A stretch of DNA of 64,000 nt from the NCBI GenBank assembly GCA_963719035.1, contig CAVRAO010000012.1, positions 1 to 64,000 of the forward strand. Direction: 5' to 3'. Below the pieces are notes generated by a model, which worked only from the letters and a program-made list of their open reading frames with translations, did not search any database and had not been told where the DNA came from. Made by a program: the position numbers and the translations under genes. Source of the stretch: Methanobacteriota archaeon (lineage in GTDB: Archaea > Halobacteriota > Bog-38 > Methanoflorentales > Methanoflorentaceae). This document shows, one piece after another, positions 58,571 to 64,000 of this stretch; positions within the stretch are counted from its first letter, which is position 1, and each line of letters starts with the position of its first letter.

Positions 58571-59941
58571 TTATCCTCTTCTCATAAGCATGTAAGTGGC
58601 TCCGGCGATCACTATTGGTACGCCGAGTCCTAACAACGAAAACTCTAGTATGGGCTGTGGTGGTGAGCTCGAAACGCTATCAGTTTGAGCTGCTCGGAAA
58701 GATAGCTCCAGCACTGAGTCGTTCCCTAGGGCATCTGACGCACTGGTTGTGCCGATTACCTGCTTAGAGGCTGTCACTTGAGTGGGCGTCGAAGTAGCCT
58801 TACTAATGGGGGCGATTTTTGTCGGTTGCGGCACTGCCTTCACCGTTGGCACTGCCTTCACCGTTGGCACTGCCTTCACCGTTGGCACTGCCTTCACCGT
58901 TGGCACTGCCTTCACCGTTGGCACTGCCTTCACCGTTGCCGTCGCCGTAGGGGTTGCCGTTGCCTTCACTGTGCTCACTGCCTTCACTGTGCTCACTGCC
59001 TTCACCGTTGGCACTGCCTTCACCGTTACCGTCGCTTTAGGCGTTACCGTCGCTTTAGGTGTCGGCGTTACTGCCTTCGATGCTGACGTTCCAGAAGACG
59101 CTGCTGTTGTGGCAGGATACGTCTTTTGCAGCTCGTTGACGATCTGCTCAAATCCCAGTTGTTTGTATAAAGCTAGGCCGTTGGAATTTATGCTGCACCA
59201 CACGTGAAAATGAGTGAAACCGACCCCATTAGAATAGGACCAGTCGAGCATTGACTTGTAACTCGGTGATCCCCCATTCTTCGAGTTGGTTAGTATCGGG
59301 TTGTGATCGACCCCTTTAGAACTCCCCCACACCCCGGCAAGGATTCCGTTCGTCTTACCTAACGCGGCTGATTCCTTTGCTCCCTGCTGGATGTACTGCC
59401 ACTCTGACGGATAAAAGCTCTCCCAGCTGTTCATCACCGTGCCTGACTGGAGGTGCATGTTCTTCCATAAGCCGCACTGGTCACAGTTGTAGTTAACGTA
59501 GCCCTTGAAGTACCGCGCGAGATAGTTGGCGTCACCTTCACGACCGCCTTCGGACGCGACGTATTCCCATCCCGCAGCTTTGAGTGATTGGAAATATGAG
59601 GCAAAGTTTTCGATTGGAACGCTCTTCTTCTTGCCCGCGTCCCAAATGGGGATTTCGATATCAATAATCCCCTTCATACCGAGCGATTTGATCTTTGCGA
59701 GCTCTTCCTTGTACGGCTTCTGATCACGAACGACAAGATGGACCGTGGAGAACCCGTGCGCTTTAAAGTAGTCAAGCGAGCCATCCCATATCATCGCTTG
59801 GCCACAGCCAACATGATATTCAATCGGGCGGGTTGCCGCAGCCGGTTTGGGCGCGACAGGGGCCGCTGTTGTCGGCGTCATTACAGCTGAAAAGATAAAT
59901 AACGAAAGAATGCTGCAAGTTGCTAGGGTCTTCTTTTTCAT
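58571..59941 (-). CDS. Secreted, C-terminally anchored protein with TVKAVP linker repeats
   Basis: Signal peptide; ~240-aa globular domain; PILEF + TM + RR tail. Confidence 0.8.
   Translation of the reverse strand: MKKKTLATCSILSLFIFSAVMTPTTAAPVAPKPAAATRPIEYHVGCGQAMIWDGSLDYFKAHGFSTVHLVVRDQKPYKEELAKIKSLGMKGIIDIEIPIWDAGKKKSVPIENFASYFQSLKAAGWEYVASEGGREGDANYLARYFKGYVNYNCDQCGLWKNMHLQSGTVMNSWESFYPSEWQYIQQGAKESAALGKTNGILAGVWGSSKGVDHNPILTNSKNGGSPSYKSMLDWSYSNGVGFTHFHVWCSINSNGLALYKQLGFEQIVNELQKTYPATTAASSGTSASKAVTPTPKATVTPKATVTVKAVPTVKAVSTVKAVSTVKATATPTATATVKAVPTVKAVPTVKAVPTVKAVPTVKAVPTVKAVPQPTKIAPISKATSTPTQVTASKQVIGTTSASDALGNDSVLELSFRAAQTDSVSSSPPQPILEFSLLGLGVPIVIAGATYMLMRRG
58830..59060 (-). repeat. 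Coding 18-bp tandem repeat (six perfect copies at 58830-58937 plus degenerate copies)
   Basis: GGCACTGCCTTCACCGTT on the + strand, encoding TVKAVP. Confidence 0.92.
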
Positions 59942-60125
59942 TGCCTTTCAAGCCTCCGTTTGCTGTTTTGTTAGCTAAGCGTTCTTCCTATATTTTGGAT
60001 CGTGCAAAAGAAAACACGGTACGCTAATCAAAACATATGAAAACATAAAAATGTATCGATGTATAGGTATAGTACTAAAAGTCCTTCAGGAGTCGGCATT
60101 AAACATGCTTTTGTCGCGCTGCACT

Positions 60126-61391
60126 TCACTCATCTCGTCGCGGGGCCCATTTAAGAATGACGGTTATGGCTACGATTATGCCGACGATTATTACCAACGC
60201 CGGAATAGCCAGAGCACCAACTCCTCCAGCTAACGCGGATACGCTCTGCTCTGAGGCACTTACGTTCTCATTCCCTCGTCCGACACCCGATCCCGTTGCA
60301 GATGCAAGCTGAACTTTTTCGTATTGCCCTATAGGATGAACAAGCGGGTATCCGTCCCCTGTGGCTGAAGGGGTATCACCGATGCCGTTTCCGTCGCTAT
60401 CCACTCCTTTGTAGTCGGAGTAGTAATTGCCCACGTAGCTCGAATAGGTGCCGCCACTGTACGTATACGTGTACTTCTCGGTCGAGTTCACTAAGTTTCC
60501 TTTTGGGCTTGCAATTGCAACGGGGTTATTAATGAAGTCGTTAAGGTAGAATCGATTTCCCGACGAATAGCCACTATAAACAGCGAGTTTAGCGTTGCCT
60601 GAGAATGTATTAAAAGTAAAAGTGTTGTTATTTGAGTTATCACGGAGGCGAACGGCAAACTCCTCATTTGCATTAATGCTGTTGTTGCTTAGCACGTTAT
60701 TGGACGAGCTGAGCAAGGAGATACCGTAAACGTGGTTGTTGCTGAGGACGTTTTGCACTATGGCATTTGAATTTGACTCACGCATATAAATCCCGTCACC
60801 CAGCGCGTTGCCGTTCCCGCTTTCATGCGTGGCGACGTTGCCGGAAAAGGTATTCCCCGACGACCCATCGAGGTAAATGCCGTAGCCATTATTAGAGAGG
60901 TTGCTGGCGCTCACTTTGTTGTTGGCGGCATGCTCGATGAGCACTGCGTAGACGTTATCGTGCGCAATTATATCGGTCACACTGGACTGTGATGCACCCG
61001 AAAACTCCACGCCAGCGCGTCCGCCTGTAAGCGTGAGCCCTTCTACCAGTATGCCGCTTCCTGAGAGCAAAAATACGTCGTTTGATGGCACCGCCGCATT
61101 CACAATCGTTGTTGCCGCCCCAGCCGATGATTTAATGGTGAGTGATTTGTTTACAACTACGTTCTCGCTATACGTTCCCGGCGGAATGAGGACGGTGTCG
61201 CCTGGCTGAGCTGCATTTACTGCCGCTTGGATCGTGGTATACTGCCCCGTCCCAACGGTAAGCTCATTTGCACTTGCTTGTGTAACGAGCCCAAGGAAAA
61301 GCGAGAAAAGGAGAATGCTGGCAAGCACCCACGGGCGCGCACTCTTTTTTACGGCTGCGCGTTGCTGCGTTGAGGTGAACGTTAATTGCAT
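60126..61391 (-). CDS. NosD/CASH parallel beta-helix surface protein
   Basis: YTTIQAAVNAA.PGD...PGTY.ENV, GI.L..SS.N repeats, GNYYSDY.G.D..GNGIGD and a C-terminal TM. Confidence 0.88.
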   Translation of the reverse strand: MQLTFTSTQQRAAVKKSARPWVLASILLFSLFLGLVTQASANELTVGTGQYTTIQAAVNAAQPGDTVLIPPGTYSENVVVNKSLTIKSSAGAATTIVNAAVPSNDVFLLSGSGILVEGLTLTGGRAGVEFSGASQSSVTDIIAHDNVYAVLIEHAANNKVSASNLSNNGYGIYLDGSSGNTFSGNVATHESGNGNALGDGIYMRESNSNAIVQNVLSNNHVYGISLLSSSNNVLSNNSINANEEFAVRLRDNSNNNTFTFNTFSGNAKLAVYSGYSSGNRFYLNDFINNPVAIASPKGNLVNSTEKYTYTYSGGTYSSYVGNYYSDYKGVDSDGNGIGDTPSATGDGYPLVHPIGQYEKVQLASATGSGVGRGNENVSASEQSVSALAGGVGALAIPALVIIVGIIVAITVILKWAPRRDE

Positions 61392-61666
61392 TAACGGGGG
61401 AACCTCGCTACTTGATGGATAAGATCAATATATAAAAATTTATTCATATGAATAGTCCTGCGGCATCGCAGCCTTTCTTGTACCTGATCTTATATGTAAT
61501 CATAACTACATATGAACAACCATAGATATATATGTAGGAGGTATTACTGCGTACCAAGCTGAACTCGGTGTGAAGCATGCCACGTACATCATATCGCTGC
61601 GCTGAAGCGCAGAATATAATGCATAGTACGGATACGAGCGGACCACGTGTCACAAGAGGGTACATA

Positions 61667-62857
61667 ATGGGCAATGCAAAGACGCCACCAGAACGTTCAC
61701 AACGTCTACTAGAACTTGACATACTTCGAGCATTTGCCATTTGCTTGATCGTGTTCTCTCATTTTCCGCCCCTCTCTACTATCTATATCGATTTATCAGC
61801 CCGGCTATGGTGTGCCACCTTTGGCTTGGCGCTTTTCCTGTTTCTCTCGGGGTTCAGTTTACACCGCAGCAACAGCATCACGAGCGCTGCCGATGTGCTA
61901 CCATTTTACAAAAAGCGCATCATAAGGATCTATCCACTCTACGTGCTGATCATTGCGGTTTATGTGCTGCTCCAAGTCTTGCCGCTTGGTACCCCATTCC
62001 TCGAGACCACGCTGACTTCTGGAGAAATCGCCGTGAACGTGATCGGGTTGCAGGCGCTCTTGAATACTCCCTCATACAATGCGCTCTGGTTTATTGGGTT
62101 AATTCTGACCTTTTACATGATCTACCCGGTAATGATGCTCGCATCCTCAGAAAAAGCCGTCAGGATTGTCATCTTTTCGTGCGCGGCGCTTGCGCTCTTT
62201 GCGTTCTTGAGAATAGCATTTGATATCGTCAACCTTCGCCTGATCTATTATTACGTTATATTTGTCGGCGGGATCCTTGCGAGTAAAGCGCTTTTGACCC
62301 ATGCACACCGATCACACTTCTCGACTCGGCGCAGCCGCATTGTATATATCGTTGGCGCGCTTTCCCTCTTGGGCATTGCGATGGCGTTTTATCAACAAAA
62401 CCTCGGAGAAACAGGGGAGCTTGTAAGCTTTTATGCCAATATGGCTAATTACGTGCCAAAGGCGCTGATCTCGTTTCTCTTTATTTCGTGCGCCCTTTGT
62501 GCTGCTCGGGTCGTGACTATGACGTTTAACAAGCGCTACTACGCCCTCTCACTCTTCATCTCGCTTCTCTCGTACAGCATCTACCTAGTTCATCCCTTGG
62601 TTCTCACCGCGTGCACACGAGCACAGCTCGTTGCTCCGCAACTGAGAGGAGCACAAACTGATGCGATACTCATTTTTATTGGCATCCCGGCGATAGTGTT
62701 AGCTTCATACGTCCTCCAGAAAGGCGTAAATATGCTCACTCTGAGCTTGTGGGTACGAAGAGTGAGTGAACACCTCCACGTGCGTGTACAAAAATCAGTG
62801 AACACTACAACAATCCTGAGACGTGAGCTTAGTATGAAAAAGGTGGATTCGAGATGA
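61667..62857 (+). CDS. Acyltransferase family 3 (OafA-like) membrane protein
   Basis: LD.LRA.AI..IV..H, FLFLSG, KR..RIYP, WFI and SY.IYL.H motifs. Confidence 0.88.
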   Translation: MGNAKTPPERSQRLLELDILRAFAICLIVFSHFPPLSTIYIDLSARLWCATFGLALFLFLSGFSLHRSNSITSAADVLPFYKKRIIRIYPLYVLIIAVYVLLQVLPLGTPFLETTLTSGEIAVNVIGLQALLNTPSYNALWFIGLILTFYMIYPVMMLASSEKAVRIVIFSCAALALFAFLRIAFDIVNLRLIYYYVIFVGGILASKALLTHAHRSHFSTRRSRIVYIVGALSLLGIAMAFYQQNLGETGELVSFYANMANYVPKALISFLFISCALCAARVVTMTFNKRYYALSLFISLLSYSIYLVHPLVLTACTRAQLVAPQLRGAQTDAILIFIGIPAIVLASYVLQKGVNMLTLSLWVRRVSEHLHVRVQKSVNTTTILRRELSMKKVDSR

Positions 62858-63798
62858 CGGAAAACAATCTGGCGATTGATGTGACCAACCTCGCAAAGCG
62901 CTTTGGCCCCCTCGTCGCCGTTGACGGTCTCTCCTTTAGCGTCGCGAAAGGTGAACTGTTTGGATTTCTCGGCCCAAACGGCGCTGGAAAGACCACAACG
63001 ATCAGGATGCTCACGGGCCTGCTCACGCCGGACGCCGGGGAGATCTCGATTGGAGAGGTTAACCTACAAAAGCGTCCAATCGCTGCAAAGATGCAGATGG
63101 GCGTCATCCCCGAGATGAGCAACGTGTACACCGATTTAACCGCCAAACAGAACGTCGCGTTGGCAGGGCGGTTTTACGGTATGTCCCGCAAAGCAGCCGA
63201 AAAACGCGCTGACGAGCTCCTCGAGCAGTTCGAGCTCTCAGAAAGAAAGAATGACAAAGTCGGAGGGTTCTCCAAGGGCATGAAACAACGCGTGCTCATC
63301 GCAAGCGCTCTCGTACACGATCCGCACGTGCTCTTCCTTGACGAACCGACCTCAGGACTCGACGTGCACAGCCAGCGCCTTATACGGGCCATCATCAGGG
63401 AGATGAACGACGCGGGCACGACGGTGTTCCTCACGACCCACAACATCGAGGAGGCTAACGCCCTCTGTGATCGGGTTGCAATAATCAACCGCGGGAGGCT
63501 TGCGGCCATCGACACGCCTGAGCGGCTTAAGCAGGCGTTCAAAGAGACACAATCCGTCGAGGTCGCGTTTGATGAACCAGTTGATGTGAGCCCAATCGAA
63601 CGGAGCGGCCTCGTTATCAGGACGGAAAGAGATGGTGAGAAGTGGCGCTTTTACACCGACGATCCCGATGCGCTCGCCAAATTCATCTTCGCCCTCGCCG
63701 AAGCACAGCACCTCATCTTCACCGCATTGAGCATCGAGGGCGCCAGCCTCGAAGACGTCTTCGTCACCTTAACGGAGGGCACAGCACGTGTTCAGTGA
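62854..63798 (+). CDS. ABC transporter ATP-binding protein (DrrA-like)
   Basis: GPNGAGKTT, FSKGM, LDEPT and TTH motifs. Confidence 0.95.
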   Translation: MTENNLAIDVTNLAKRFGPLVAVDGLSFSVAKGELFGFLGPNGAGKTTTIRMLTGLLTPDAGEISIGEVNLQKRPIAAKMQMGVIPEMSNVYTDLTAKQNVALAGRFYGMSRKAAEKRADELLEQFELSERKNDKVGGFSKGMKQRVLIASALVHDPHVLFLDEPTSGLDVHSQRLIRAIIREMNDAGTTVFLTTHNIEEANALCDRVAIINRGRLAAIDTPERLKQAFKETQSVEVAFDEPVDVSPIERSGLVIRTERDGEKWRFYTDDPDALAKFIFALAEAQHLIFTALSIEGASLEDVFVTLTEGTARVQ

Positions 63799-64000
63799 CT
63801 CCATGCGCAGCCACCTGCGCAGCATCGCGCTCGTAGCGGAAAAGGACATGCGCATCTACTACACGAAGCCGCCCGTGTTCATCTTCGGCTTCCTGTTTCC
63901 CTTTATAATGTTCATGGCGTTCTACTTCGGCCGCAGCGCCGACATGTACACGCTCTTTCCCGGACTTGCGGCGATGTTCGTCTTTTTCATCGCCTCGTCC
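63788..64000 (+). CDS. ABC-2 permease (partial, runs off the window)
   Basis: IA..A.KDMRIYY.KP..FG.LFP...PGL.AM; overlaps the ATPase stop. Confidence 0.8.
   Translation, partial: MFSDSMRSHLRSIALVAEKDMRIYYTKPPVFIFGFLFPFIMFMAFYFGRSADMYTLFPGLAAMFVFFIASS

Noticed and set aside
58830-58937. Possible CRISPR array
   Set aside because: Head-to-tail 18-bp repeats with no spacers, in frame inside a CDS
1-64000. tRNA, rRNA, transposase, integrase or provirus
   Set aside because: No cloverleaf, rRNA signature or recombinase motif recognised by eye

Overview
Chromosomal window from an archaeon, most likely a Halobacteriota methanogen (inferred from a PGF-CTERM protein, archaeal ATP-dependent ligase, stand-alone NifB, hxlB, an MM0924-like Sm-fold protein and TATA promoters with GGAGGTGA RBSs). 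It is a patchwork of stress, metal, transport and surface genes: three Usp proteins, an NRAMP + MgtE-N/CBS pair, a P-type ATPase, two AbrB(HgcC-like)-arsM cassettes, arsC, ProDH/P5CDH, HEAT-repeat proteins and lipoproteins. About ten genes carry small indels (decay or assembly error). I found no tRNA, rRNA, CRISPR array or transposase. The main unexplained signal is in the intergenic DNA, which repeatedly folds into long collinear or nested helices. Best cases: a ~655-nt candidate ncRNA (48111-48767); structured RNAs alternating with two paralogous Cys4 mini-genes (12970-14990); fold-back mRNAs enclosing small ORFs (8224-8656, 43491-43799); and a candidate anti-SD sRNA (16150-16299). All helices were found by eye and need folding z-scores, covariation and RNA-seq. 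Family names come from motif recognition, not database searches.
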